Part shown: piece after piece, positions 25,424 to 38,466 of the stretch
Layout of the letters: every line of letters begins with the position of its first letter
How positions within the stretch are numbered: the first letter of the stretch is position 1
Source: Neodothiora populina
Lineage: Eukaryota
DNA length: 64,000 bases
Assembly: GCF_041146345.1 (NCBI RefSeq)
Contig: NW_027191409.1
Location: 1,426,001-1,490,000, forward strand
Direction of reading: 5' to 3'
Notes under the pieces: model-generated
The model's database searches: none
Told to the model about the DNA's origin: nothing
The model's input: only the letters and a program-made list of their open reading frames with translations
Program-made: the position numbers and the translations under genes

Positions 25424-27470
25424 ATGCTCACAATGCAACGTGCCTCCTGTCTTGACTGCCATAGACGGAAGCTGAAATGCAGCAGAGAGGCAACAGGTTG
25501 TAGTAATTGTAGAAAGCATGATAGGCCATGCGAATATCCAGCTGCAGAGGCTCGAGCTCGAGGCAAACGCGGCCCATATCAAAAGCGTGCAACGAAGCGT
25601 GAAGGGGACTTCGGACAAGGACATCAGGCCTCAGAAGCCAAGTACCGGGAACTTGCAAGTTGTATTGACAAGCCAACACTTGACTCGCCAAGAATATCAG
25701 TGAACTGTGTTACAGACGATCATGCTTCGCCACATCGATACTCATCAGGGATCCCGGATCGTCCCTTTAATGTCATGCAAAACCACCCATCATTTGATCA
25801 GACCCTACAACTATGGCGTATCTTTGTCGAACGAGTGGACCCACTGACCAAAGTAATCCATCGACCATCCCTTCAACAGAAGATCTTGACGAGCAGAACC
25901 AGTATACATGACATAGACTCGTCATTGACAACACTTATGTACAGCATATATCATGCTGCAGTAAAAAGCACCAGCGATGCCGAAGCTCAACGACTTTTTG
26001 GGGCAAGTAGGGACGTACTTATCGGACATTTTGAGGCTGCGGTGGAACAGTCTCTGGCATTAGTCCATATGTCGAATATACCAGACTTCGTAATGCTTCA
26101 AGCTCTGGTCTTGTACATTGTGAGTTCCTTTCAAGTAAATGTTGATGATACGCTTTTTAATTGCCTTCCTCAGTGCACTCTGAGGCTGCAAGACCGCGGT
26201 CGCCAATTATGGCCGCTGTTTGGGCTCGCCGTCAGGATGGCACAGTTGTTGCATATGGATGGAAAAGAAGTTGAAGAAGGTGTCTCCATTTTGGAAATGG
26301 AACTGCGAAGACGCATCTGGTGGACGCTAGTCTGGCTGGAGAAATTATGTGCGGAAGACCTCATGTCTCAGCCAGCTAGCATAATGACTTGGTCTCGATG
26401 TCCTTTCCCTCTGAATGTTAATGATGACGATTTAGATGCCGAAGCTAGGAACCATCCCCATGCACGAAATGAGGTCACTGAAATGACTTTCTGTCTTCTA
26501 CGGTTCGAGATGTTGAAGCTCTTCTTCGACATTTCCAAACCACGACTGGATATAGCTATCGATGACATTGTACAACAAGGGGGCATAGCAGATCAGCGGG
26601 TTGTCGTGCTGTCAGAGACCAGACGTAGAATCACCGACAAATACCTCCAACACTGCAAGAGCACGCGTCCGTTTGACTGGCTTGTTCTTACTTTCGCCGA
26701 GGTCTTCCTTGTAAGTAGCCATCTCAAATCCAAGTACGCTGGAAGTTCTGACAAGCGCAAAGTGTAAAGCAGAGCTTATGGCACATCGTGCTGTGCAAAG
26801 TGACAATGATGTTTTCAGGCTGTCTTTGATTGTTGTCAAGAACACATATCACATACAAACTGAACCAAGAGCAAAAGTCTGGTCATGGGCGTTTCGAGAT
26901 TTTGTGCAGTCTCATGCTCTTATGAGAGTTGTATCGGAGCTGTGCAAAGGGGAAAGCCTAATCGTGGATTCCCTCGCCATCAGCGAAGCCTGGCATTTCA
27001 TCGAATTCATAGTCAAGCGCATACCCTCACACAGATTACGCGATCCATCAATCAGGCCCATTGTCACTCTCATGGGTCTGGCGCACAAAAGTCAGACTGG
27101 ACCCGCCCCGCAACAACCTGTCCGAAGCAGTTTCCCATGGAGAGCCAGTGACACCAACAAGGGAATTGCGCCATCTGGAAATCTCGAGTCTTTGAAAGCC
27201 TTTCCTGATGCATGGGCCGAATCTGCGATCACGTGGGGATCCAATTTCCTCAACGCAGCTATCACAACGCTTGAGAGTGCCAACATCAGCGACACATCGC
27301 TCTCCTCGCCGCCTGATGCCACTATTGGCATTGATGGGCTATCGACACACACGTTCGTTTGGCCAGCTCCTGACTTAGTGGTCAATGATACTTGTGACAA
27401 TATCGATTGGAGCCATTGGGACGCCTCAATGACCGTGTTCAATAAGGCCTTTGCCCCTGGGTCCGCGTGA
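25424..27470 (+). CDS. Zn(II)2Cys6 transcription factor with fungal middle-homology domain; exons 25424-26119, 26174-26710 and 26763-27470, about 646 aa
   Basis: CLDCHRRKLKCSREATGCSNCRKHDRPC binuclear cluster; VDPLTKVIHRP, EMELRRRIWW and PLNVNDDDL motifs. Two GT-AG introns keep the frame. Confidence 0.9.
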
Positions 27471-29840
27471 CGTTGCAGCCGATTCGCGCTCGCGCTTGCA
27501 TCACATGTGCTCTACATTCCTTGCGAGCTGGTAGTTGCCACAGCTACTGCATTTTTATGACCAATGTCTACAGATGGTCCGTGTTCTCGAGGGTCTTTTG
27601 AGCTGCATCCCACTGCATACACGTTTCATCACGATGCAGTCACATACTTTGAGAACATTACGCTTGCAGCTGTTTGTGGAGCCTGCGCAAGCCTGGCTAA
27701 AGACCTACAGTTTCGAAACCTTGACAGGACACGCCCCTGATACTCGAGTTTTAGTCTAGGCTCAAGGGGTTGTAGATTTGTCACGCAGGTCAGGGGACAG
27801 ATGAGCAATCGGCTTGAGGAGCAAATCAGTCTACGTGATGGAGCATTGATTGATTGCATATCTGGGCAGGAATGCTCGACAGCTCCAAACAATCGTGGGG
27901 ACTGAATCGCCACGGAATTGATCTTGTGTCATACCGTACGAACCCTGTCTACCTGAACATTTACCATATTCTCTTGGCATGTCTACCTTGAGGAACCAGA
28001 AAGGCGATTGCTGGAATAATGAGACGTCAACTTCAGACATGATGGTGCAGAGAGCTACTGCACTACTGAAGGGGATCTGTCTTTCGATGTCAATCTGAAG
28101 GATATATTCAGCAAATTCAACTGTTCTAGCACGTACGGCCACAGGCAGCTGAGAACTGGGCATCCCGTCCGCTCTGCCAGACATAAGCAGTTGACCGGCT
28201 GATTAGTACTACGGTGGGTGACCACGTGGGAATCCCAGCTGCTGTACGTTTTTTTTTGGGCGCTTCCTCATACTCTTGAGGAAACCAGCGCTTTTATGTT
28301 TTGTTGGTAGTGATATATAGCATGGTAATGGTGGCAAGGAAGAATAACACTCATGGATGGATCATCCATTGATCCTGTAAATCTCCATCGATGAAGAAGG
28401 GCGAGAATATCTGCACCATTAACCCATCTCCTTTGTATGAAAATATCGTCCATTAGAAGACCTCCTGCTTCTCTATCAACCTTCTTGCATTCATTATCGA
28501 AGGTCTACGCGTGGCCTATTCTGGTGAACAGTGCATAACAATTCAATTTTTGCACATCGTTCTAGCCCAAAGCCGCGAGTGTGAGACTCTGACAGCTAAG
28601 CCCATCACCAGTGGTATGTCCAAGGTATAATAATATCCTCACAATATGAGTGCAGGCGTGACAGATTGAGGGCCATGATGATGTCTGTGGCGGTGATGGA
28701 ACGTCGAAGCATAAACCAAGTCAAGGAAGTACAACGTCACGCCTGACATGGTCTCTTGGCATATAGGCCTAGCCTGAAGACTTTACAGTCAAACAGCAAC
28801 GAGTCACAAACAATTGCATCTCGCCTACATCAGGTGATAGCGATCATTTTCTGACCTGAGTAGGTATACGGACGCTAAGAGACGCAGAACTCGATGGCAT
28901 GGCTGAGCTAAATAGGGACGTTGTTGGCATAGCGGCGCAGATCTTCTACATCAGTATTCTGCACCGTGAGCCTCGGAACTTGGAGCTGTCTTGTTGAGTC
29001 GAGACAGACTTTGTTTATTACATCGTCCCTTTTTTCCCCTCTTCTTGCCAGGTACGCTTGTGCCCTGGTAGGAGCGGGAGTCGTTGTGATAGGTGATAGG
29101 TGGATTAAACCTTGTGGCTGTCTGCTACTTGCCACTAAAAGTTAAGCTTGATGTTGAGCTTATAAGAAGTGGGGCAAAAGTGGTATTTCCGTCCTTGGCC
29201 TTTGCTCGTAGTAGACCTGTGAAGAGCGCGTTGGGCTCGCCCTTGCTCAAGCGTGCCTTGATAATCATGATCAAGATATATATAAGTGGTGTATATATGG
29301 ACTGTTAAGGATATGAATAAGAGGGCCCTTCTGTGATGCAGGTGGTATGGCAGAGTGACACAAAAGGATCACATTACCTCGAATTTACGTCCGAGGCAAG
29401 CCACCAAAAGTCGAAAAGCTTCTGCTGAAGACCTGACTCTACCCCACGAAGTCGCGAGGCAGACCGTTTGTCAGGGTCACCAATCAGATGGACTTTCATT
29501 ACCAAATACATCACCTATGCTCTGGTGATCGCCATGGACGGCCCCAGAAGCCCAGACAGACCATGCAGATCACAACCGCATTGAACAACTCGCGCAGCAC
29601 ACCACACAGCAATTCCAGAATGGCAAATGTGATGCTTCCACGCCATTGGCAGCATAACATGTTTTGCCTTCAGCGTTTACTCAGTCGTTGTGAAGGTCCT
29701 TTCGCCAGAGACGTTGAGATGCCGAGGTGGTTCTTGCGTAGAGCAAATAGTATAGTCCGATGGAACATATATGAATGCTCCCTCGTGCGCTGTAGGATGA
29801 ACAGGATCAACTGTCGACTTCCACATTGTTCTTTGTAGAT

Positions 29841-31260
29841 ATGAAGTCCGCCATTTCTTTAGTGACCGCATTGGTCTTCGCTGGCCACAGTGCCGCCTAT
29901 CCTAGTATCTTAGCACATCTTGAACAACAAGCAGGTGGCAATGCACCCCTCAAGCGAGACAGCCTCGTCTTCGACGCTGCTGCTCAGTACATCAGCACGT
30001 CGGGTGACCATGCTTTCGTTGCCCCGGGCCCAAATGACCAGAGAGGACCATGCCCTGGTCTCAACGCAGCCGCAAACCAGTGTGTATCATCTCAGCTTCT
30101 CATCACTAGTAAGATCATTGCTGATCATCCTGAAGCGGATATCTCCCACATGACGGAGTGGCGACCATTTCAGAGTTCGTCGCGGGTACCAACAAGGTCT
30201 TTGGTATGGGATTAGACCTCGGCGCCTTCCTTTCCGTTTATGGTGCCGTGGCCGATGGTGATGGTACCAAGTGGTCCATCGGAGGGCCTACATCTGAAGT
30301 AGGTGCCCTTGCTGGGCTCTTGTCACTTGGTCAACCGACTGGTATCAGTGGCTCTCACAACAAGTACGAGAGTGATGTGTCGCCAACCCGAGGTGATCTT
30401 TACCAGTAGTAAGTAACGACAAGGTCGTAGCTTCAGAGCCCGCAATACTTACCACCCCTTTCAGCGGTAACGATTACCTTCTACAAGTATCTCAGTTCCA
30501 ACAACTATACGACATGGGAGCTGCCAATGACAACTACGATCTTTCTCTTCTTACTCAATTCCGTGCGAACCGCTTTCAGCAAAGCAAGAGTGATAACCCG
30601 TACTTCTTCAACGGAGCATTTTCTGGTGTGATCGTGCAGCCTGCTGCATACACGTTCATCTATCGCTTTATGGCAAACAAATCTGCCGAATACCCTGAGG
30701 GCAGGCTAGACGGAGATGTGCTGAAGTCGTTCTTCTCCATCACAGGCGACTCTGGAAACTTCAAATACACTGTAAGTCTGATCTTATGTGCTTAGTGATG
30801 CTCTTTACTTATCAACTTTTGACAGCCGGGCTACGAGAGAATCCCAAAAAACTGGTACACTCGCAACGCGCTCGACCCATACACTATTCCCTTCTTCTCG
30901 CTTGACCTTAATGCAGCTGCTGCTCAGTATCCCGAGTTCCTTAGCATTGGTGGCAACACTGGCAAGGTTAACAGCTTCACTGGCGTGGATATAACGAACC
31001 TGACCGGGGGCGTTTACAATCTCCAGACTCTTCTACAAGGCAATAATCTTGCATGCTTTGGTCTTCAGACCGCAGTGCAGGCATTGCCAGACTTCATTTC
31101 TGGTCTGTTGACCAATTCAGCTCTCTCAAACTTGCTCGATTCCGCGCTGGGCAATGCGACAGCAGGGTTGGATTGCCCGCAATTGACGGAGATCGATGAA
31201 GATCAATTTGCCCAATACCCTGGTTATGCAAAACTCAACACCAACACTGGCTCTTACTAG
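29841..31260 (+). CDS. Secreted heme-thiolate peroxidase / long unspecific-peroxygenase family protein; exons 29841-30079, 30136-30408, 30465-30771 and 30826-31260, about 417 aa
   Basis: Signal peptide and KR-ended propeptide; RGPCPGLNAAANHGY heme-thiolate motif; SHNKYESDVSPTRGD; ERIPKNWY. Three 54-56 bp introns. Confidence 0.9.
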
Positions 31261-31480
31261 GATGGGTGGAAATGTCAGGCTCTGGTCGAAACAACCCTAT
31301 TTCCTTGATATTTAGTACAGTTATGAGCTATGAGTAATTTAGTATGACAAAACACGAATTGCAAACAGTATTGATCGACAAGACGTGTCTTTTTGCACAT
31401 GTTTGTGAAATGTGACTCACCACCTCTATGGAGCAGTGAGGTGTCTTCTTGTGTGTCATTCCCGCTAAGACATCGATGCA

Positions 31481-32685
31481 TCAATTTGGTAGCCTCTGAC
31501 TCTCATCCTTGGTGTCCCGCATCCGTAGTACTCTCGCATAGTCCTTTTAGGTGTATAAGTATATCCCTACGTAGGCCAATCCAGCATATCAACGTATTGA
31601 GAACTTACCTCACAAGCCAGCTCAACAGCATCGACGAAGCCAATACGAGGCACATATCCCAGTATACGTTGCGCCTTGGCGTTGTTACTATACCGAGTGC
31701 CCAATGCATCGCTCACACTTCCTCTGCTTAAGGTGGGTTCGGCTCCTGTGCACCAGGTCACCACATCCGCTACAAAACCGGCGAACCATGCGAGTCTATC
31801 CGGGACCTTGACTGAGAACGGCGGAACGTGTCCGAAGTGAGCCCATATCGCCAGCATGAAGTCCCTGAAGTATACTGGTTCCTGATTCGAAATGAAGAAT
31901 GCTTGACCTGCAGCACTTTCGCCACACTTCTCCTCTAGCCCTTTCGTCAAATCGCCAGTTAAAGGCGTTCCGGGTATTGAGGCAAACTGCGCAAGCAGAT
32001 TCTCAAGTGCGAGAAGGTGCGCGTCAGCGACATTCGTGACATAGACGAAGTCATACATGTTGTCGCCATCTCCTATCATAAATGGGGTCTCCCATTTCGC
32101 AATGCATTTGTGAATTGCCCCTATAACTCCAAAAGTATCACCAGGCCCGATGATGGTAGCAGGACGCAGTGCACAAGTCAGCATTGTACTTGAATTCGCG
32201 CCAAGTACGATGGGCTCTGCTGCTGCTTTTGAAGCCCCGTAGCTGAGCGTAGCATTGCCAATAGGTATACCTTCATCCATAAAGGGGTAATCGTGGTTGA
32301 GGTCATCCGAGAGCACTGTACAAGAAGATGTGTGTACCAAAGCTCTGCACTTCGTCTGTTTGGCTGCTTCTACTACATTGCGTGTACCTTCGACGTTGAT
32401 GGCAAACACACGAGCACGTAGTTTCTTATCCGTTGAGTAGCGGTCTTGTCCACCAGGCACCCATCCAGCAGTATGTATTATTGCATCCGGGTTGATCTTG
32501 GTTATCAAGTTCTGGCTCCCTTGACGAGATGTCAGATCGACTGTATCGAAATGAACATTCTTTTGAACTTCTAAAGGCGGTCTCAAGTCGATGTTGTACA
32601 GGGTCCAGTCCGGATGTGCCTTGTGAATGGCCTCTATACAGGCGTTACCCAGAAACCCGCTACCGCCAGTAACAAGGACACGCAT
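31481..32685 (-). CDS. 3-beta-hydroxysteroid dehydrogenase / Erg26-like sterol-4-carboxylate dehydrogenase family; exons 32685-31609 and 31543-31481, about 379 aa
   Basis: VLVTGGSGFLG Rossmann motif; YGASK catalytic motif; LRPATIIGPGD; IGDGDNMYDFVYVTNVADAH; AAGQAFFISN. The last exon is inferred from a GTAAGT...AAG intron. Confidence 0.85.
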
Positions 32686-33159
32686 TATGAAAAGCTACTG
32701 TACGTAGGATCAATCGAAACGTTATGATGCTCTACTGGAAGATGATTTAGATTCAACAACATTATTCTCAGGTGGTATCGCCTCTAGATGACAACCTGAG
32801 AGAATGACGCCACTTTCATCCATCCGGATCGTAGATCCTTCGCTTGAGCGGCATTTCAAGAAGGGGCCAAGACTAATGATTGCTAGCAATCCATCTGCCT
32901 ACATGGCGGTTGCAAACAGTACATGAGTATTGTGTACATTGAGCAACATCAGTGACCACTGCATAGCAAGGAGGGTGTAGATTTAAGAACTTCAGATAAT
33001 TCTACATGCATGGTCGCTAGGTGAGGCGTCCCGACGCGCGAAAAGTTTCTTTGTCTTAGCGACTTACTTGATCTGCACCTCTCGACACTCGAATCAAAAA
33101 TTATGCCAATGAAATAAGTGATCAATTGTAGCGCAAATACACATCAGAATCTGCACAAA

Positions 33160-34231
33160 ATGCTTCTGAATGAACATACTGGTGAGATTAACGTAGCTCA
33201 TGAGCAAATTTCATCTCTGACGACATCTAGCATTGGTGACTCCGAAAGTACTCTTAGTACCCTACTGTGAGCACCATGTCCCGCGTTACCACGAATGGAT
33301 GCAGGACGAGGTATGTTGTCGCACATTTAATTTGTATGCTACCATACATGTCCGAGTAGCCTGTCATCAAAGCTATTGTATCTCTACCTTGTTCAGCTCA
33401 TCAGCATGCTAGGGGGAAGGGACTGGAGATTTGTGACTAGAAGCAGCATCGTGGACAGGGTCGCCCTAAAAATGCTACAACCGAGACCACATGATCTAAC
33501 GAATGCAAAACCAGGTTCTCCAGGAACTCACGGCTTCGGAGCCCTTGACAATGGAAGAAGAATACAGCATGCAAAGATCATGGCGACAAGATGCCGACAA
33601 ATTGACCTTCATCGTCTGCCTTGCTCCTCCCCCTCGAAATCCAGTCAGCAGTATCAAAGCCCAAATCGACGACACGTCCGACCGCATGGTGGGCGATATC
33701 AATCTCTTCCTCAACCCAGCCGATGACGACGACGATGGCGAAGATGACTACGAGGGCGAAGCGAATGATGCCGAAGCAGATGCTGCACTCCGAGCCGCAG
33801 CGCTCGAAGATGCAGGATCAGCTCCGGTGCAGCAGCCACGGACGAAGGACGTGGTAGGCGAGATTGAGTTGATGATAGCCGAGCGCAGTCTGCACAGACA
33901 GGGCTATGGACGAGCGGCACTCCTTACTTTCCTCACCTATATCACCCAAAGTCTTGGTGACATCTTGCGCGAGTACGGCAGAAGTGATCAGAATGACGGT
34001 GCCATGTCTGTTTCGTCTCTGTGTCGGCTGAAGTACTTGAGGGTCAAGATTGGAGAGAGCAATGTGAGCAGCCTGCGGCTTTTCGAGAGTGCTGGCTTTG
34101 TTGCTACAAATGGAGGACCCAATTATTTTGGGGAGATTGAGATGAGGATGTGCCTCGAGGAGGGCTCGACTATGGAGAGGTTGAGAGAATATAAGGGCTG
34201 GGAGGATGTGGTTCTTGCTAAATACCAATAG
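33160..34231 (+). CDS. GNAT acetyltransferase, NAT9-like; exons 33160-33181, 33231-33310 and 33515-34231, about 272 aa
   Basis: MLLNEHTA|LVTPKVLLVPYCEHHVPRYHEWMQDE|VLQELTASEPLTMEEEYSMQRSWRQDADKLTFI; MVGDINLFL; GEIELMIAE; PNYFGEIE. Confidence 0.88.
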
Positions 34232-34891
34232 CAGCAGGATCGATGCAGGATGACACAAGAATTGCAACAGATTGGACGAAGACTGATCAATCAAGGGAAA
34301 AAAGAGGCTAGGATAGATGTGGAGAGGAGATCCTATCAATCTAACATCCTTCTTCCATCAATACATTATCTGTAAACAAACCTATGATTTCTCTAAAGCC
34401 CAAGCAAAACTTCCCCCCACGCGGGGAGAAGAAACCAGTCGTACTTCACCATCACCTGAGTGTGGAAGACGCGTACTGGGTACGCAAATCCACACTGCAG
34501 GAGTAATGGTGCATGAGGAAGCGCGGAGCGCAAGTCTAAACTCTGGTTTGTCGGAGAGCTATCACGCGGCGGCGGCTCGAACCAGGGACCTCTCATGCTT
34601 GTACTAGACTGATTTTTTTGGCTGTCGGTTTTGCCACTCCACCAACTAAGCCGGTGGGTAGTGGCGCCTGGAGATATGGCCGTTTGGGGCTACTTGTATG
34701 GGTTGAATTTGGGTTGAGTGTAGGGTCCATGCCTTGGCCGAGATGGAGGTGCTTGGGGAGGTGTCACTAGTTGGTCGCCTAGACAAAAAGAAATGTACAA
34801 GAATATTATGTTATAGCACGAGCTAGGGGTATCATCCAGAGCGGTTCCATCGTACCTCCGGTCGTGTCTGCAGCCTCTCAACCAAATCTCA

Positions 34892-35974
34892 TCACAAACC
34901 ATCGCCTTCGGTCCACTTGTCTCCTCTACCACTTAAGAGTGCCCTCGTGTACGGATCCTTCCCTCGCAGTTCTGCCTCATAGAGCCACTTATTCAAGGGT
35001 CTGCCAATTCTTTGATCCAGGTGATATTGGATATCCTCCTGGTCACGCTCATCAGTCACACCATTCTTGACATGCTTGGCTATTGCTTGCACCTCCTTCA
35101 TTGCCAACCATGACATGACCTGTGCTTCATCTTTGAAGCATATTCCGAATCCATCGCAGTAGCACTGTTCAATGGGTGGACACAGCACGTCCTTGCCGGT
35201 GATTATGAAATGCCACGTGAACTCCCAAATGCGGCCCGAAATGGAATCGTCCAATTCGGTCGTGAGAAACCAGTCCTGGTAGTGTTGCCAGCGCTCGAGC
35301 GGTATCGACCGAATAGCAGCCTTGCTTGCTGCGAATTGGCTGCAGCAGGCAACTGCTAACATTTCAGGCATGTGCGGTGCCTCAGGCCCGTGCAGCGCGT
35401 CCCATACCTCTGCAAAATATGGCTGTTCGACCTTATCACTTATAGTCTGGTCCCTAGTATTTATGTGATCTGGACAACCGGACTCGTGGTGGCAGCGTAG
35501 ATTGAAATAGCCGACACGTTCAACATGCTCGTTGCTCACGCGTTCGACCATTCTGGCAAGATCGAAGTTGAAGAGATCATTGTTATGCCAGCTATTGCGC
35601 TCTGAATGGGTAAATATGGTCGTATCGGAAAGATTGTGGTAGTGATCGATTATGTAAGTCAAGTAAATCATAGATTCATGACCCTTGTTAGCAGGTGGAT
35701 GGTAACGAGCGAATTCGTCATCAGCCTTGTAGACGACATGCTGCATGTGTGGGAGCTCCTCTTCGACCCATGATGTATCCTCAGACTGCGTGCTGGCAAC
35801 GACAAGTGTCCGTGTATATTCACGTGGGACGTGAGTGACCTTTGCCGGTGGCGGAGATTCTGCACAAGAGCCATCAAGTGTGTTGCATTGTCGATGATCG
35901 ATCAAGTAGAATGTGCTAACAATGATAACGCAGAGAATGGTAACTAGCAAGTTGCGTTGCCGTGATGGACCCAT
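34892..35974 (-). CDS. DUF3431 family membrane-anchored protein, 360 aa
   Basis: N-terminal hydrophobic anchor; NKGHESMIYLTYIIDHY, WHN, YFNLRC, CCSQFAAS and SGRIWEFTWH motifs. Confidence 0.85.
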   Translation of the reverse strand: MGPSRQRNLLVTILCVIIVSTFYLIDHRQCNTLDGSCAESPPPAKVTHVPREYTRTLVVASTQSEDTSWVEEELPHMQHVVYKADDEFARYHPPANKGHESMIYLTYIIDHYHNLSDTTIFTHSERNSWHNNDLFNFDLARMVERVSNEHVERVGYFNLRCHHESGCPDHINTRDQTISDKVEQPYFAEVWDALHGPEAPHMPEMLAVACCSQFAASKAAIRSIPLERWQHYQDWFLTTELDDSISGRIWEFTWHFIITGKDVLCPPIEQCYCDGFGICFKDEAQVMSWLAMKEVQAIAKHVKNGVTDERDQEDIQYHLDQRIGRPLNKWLYEAELRGKDPYTRALLSGRGDKWTEGDGL

Positions 35975-37098
35975 GTTGAAGCTTAAAAATGTATGTCAAA
36001 GGGGATGAGAGCCTTTGAATGTGTTCTAGGGCAAAGGACATGAGGGACGCGAATACGCAATCATGTCGAGTCTGCGTCACCTTGAGTTGTGTCAAGACTC
36101 TCGAGGTGTCACTATCACTGGAACCTACGGCGCCTATTGCAGTAACATGACACAACAAAAGAGGATCATCAAACAAAGGCGCTCAGATAAGAATGGAGGC
36201 ACAGGAAAGGAATAGAACGAAGAAATGTAGAGATCCATGATATAGAGAGAGACGTACAGTACACAGTCAGACGGCACCGGTTATTCAGGGATACTGCGAC
36301 GCTGTGTCACCCTGAGCTGAAAACGATAACGTTTACTAGTCATCTTCGAAGAAGGCAAGCCACAGTTCTCAGGCTAGACTGTGGTCCTCTGTATAGAACG
36401 GCAAGTCTAGCAGTAAACGAATTTCGGATACTTCTCCAAGAGATATCTACCAGAGATATCGGGCGATCGCAGCGTACGAGCAGTATCTCCTTCACATCTC
36501 AATCGCTCAGCACATCCCTTTGTGAAGCTGATATCCTCTGTTGGTGTTTCCTGATTGCCGGGTCTGTCGGTTGAAAAATGCCGAGACCACGCGGGATACG
36601 CATACACTCAATAGGAGTACATGAGCGAGCGGTGCGTCGAAGGGGCTAAGGAACATGACAACAGCGATAGAAACCGTGGTGAGCAAAGTCAGGAGGGAGT
36701 GTAGTGCCTACAAGGTGCGGCACCATATGAAAAGTGAAATATACTGTGCAATCCAATACGAGCCCATGTTTTCATAGCCATTCGAGGCTAGAGCAAAGGA
36801 ATGATCTAAATGCTAGGCAAGCCAAGCAAAGATTCATGGTCTGTGAGCTGTACGCTGTGTGCAAGGGTAACCCCCGAATCGCCGACCTAATGCCAAGACT
36901 CATGTCCGTAGCTGCCCTGCGCTGACGGCATTCGGTGTTGCCCTGGGCGTGTGCAGCTGTTGCGTCTTGAGGACAATTCAGTCACTAAACATCATCCATC
37001 ACTGCGCCATCACACCTACATTTCGACATCTCACTATCATCGTGACCCAGAAAGCTGATCCTTGAGTTTGCTTCCATCTCATTACACACATAGCCGCC

Positions 37099-38466
37099 AT
37101 GGCAGCCGACCCCGAGAGAGAGCGCGCGCTGGAAGATTACAAGACCAAGTTGCTGGATTCGAGAGAATGGGAGGCAAAACTCAAGGCTCTACGGCTAGAG
37201 ATCAAAGGACTACAACACGATTTTGACGTCTCCGAAGATAATATCAAAGCGCTGCAAAGTGTCGGTCAAATAATAGGAGAGGTGCTCAAGCAGCTTGACG
37301 AAGAGAGATGTTCGTTACATTATCATCAGTGCTACCCTTGATTCGCCAAGCAGCAGTCACTGACCATACACAATCAAACAGTCATCGTCAAAGCATCATC
37401 AGGACCTCGCTATGTCGTCGGCTGCAGATCGAAAGTCGACAAAGCCAAGTTGAAGCAAGGCACTCGTGTGGCGCTGGATATGACCACCCTCACCATCATG
37501 CGTATGCTTCCAAGAGAAGTCGACCCCCTCGTCTACAACATGTCGCTGGAAGACCCTGGCCAAGTCAACTTCGCTGGTATTGGTGGCCTTAATGAGCAGA
37601 TTCGGGAACTGCGTGAGGTCATTGAGCTGCCACTGAAGAACCCCGAGCTCTTCCAAAGAGTAGGCATCAAGCCACCCAAGGGTGTGCTGCTATACGGACC
37701 CCCTGGCACCGGAAAGACACTGCTTGCGAGAGCTGTAGCGAGCAGTCTCGAGACAAACTTCCTTAAGGGTAATCACAGCACGTTACGAGATCGTCAAGTG
37801 CCTAGCTAACCCTTATTTTGCTTACAGTTGTCTCTTCGGCGATCGTGGACAAGTATATTGGTGAATCTGCACGACTGATCAGAGAGATGTTTGGCTATGC
37901 CAAAGAGCATGAGCCCTGCATCATCTTCATGGACGAAATCGATGCAATCGGAGGTCGTCGTTTCTCCGAAGGTACATCGGCCGACCGCGAGATCCAGCGA
38001 ACACTTATGGAGCTTCTCAACCAGCTTGATGGATTCGACTATCTCGGCAAGACTAAGATCATCATGGCAACAAACAGACCCGACACCCTTGATCCCGCCT
38101 TACTCAGAGCTGGACGATTAGATAGGAAGATTGAGATCGGCCTGCCGAACGAAGTTGGTCGCTTGGAGATTCTCAAGATTCACGCCGAGGGAGTACAAAA
38201 GGAGGGCGATATTGACTACGAGAGTGTGGTGAAGATGAGCGACCAGCTCAACGGTGCCGATCTGAGAAACGTGGTCACCGAAGCGTAAGTGTTGATGTTG
38301 CATCTTCGTGACCTTCACGCATTGTACTAATGTTCTTCTTTACAGTGGACTCTTCGCTATCAAGGACTACAGAGATGCCATCAACCAAGACGATTTCAAC
38401 AAGGCGGTACGAAAGGTGGCCGAGTCCAAGAAGTTGGAAGGCAAGCTGGAGTACCAGAAGCTTTGA
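37099..38466 (+). CDS. rpt4: 26S proteasome AAA-ATPase subunit Rpt4; exons 37099-37309, 37382-37768, 37828-38284 and 38346-38466, about 391 aa
   Basis: [29 protein letters not shown]; Walker A GPPGTGKT; Walker [10 protein letters not shown]-terminus [12 protein letters not shown]. Confidence 0.96.

Noticed and set aside
27535..29838. Short ORFs between the Zn2Cys6 gene and the heme-thiolate gene
   Set aside because: No motifs, codon bias or consistent splice structure.
12210..32685. One large secondary-metabolite cluster from the NRPS-like gene to the Erg26-like gene
   Set aside because: Interrupted by spp2 and a small hydrophilic protein; no transporter or typical tailoring set; CDH and the heme protein are secreted.
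33396..33404. CTGATGAG on the minus strand, like a hammerhead ribozyme core
   Set aside because: No downstream GAAA core or compatible stems.
34633..34665. Hairpin GCCACT-CCACC/GGTGG-AGTGGC between convergent genes; similar hairpins at about 18078-18107 and 41465-41485
   Set aside because: Short isolated stems with no TIR/TSD structure or second copy; intrinsic terminators do not apply to Pol II genes.
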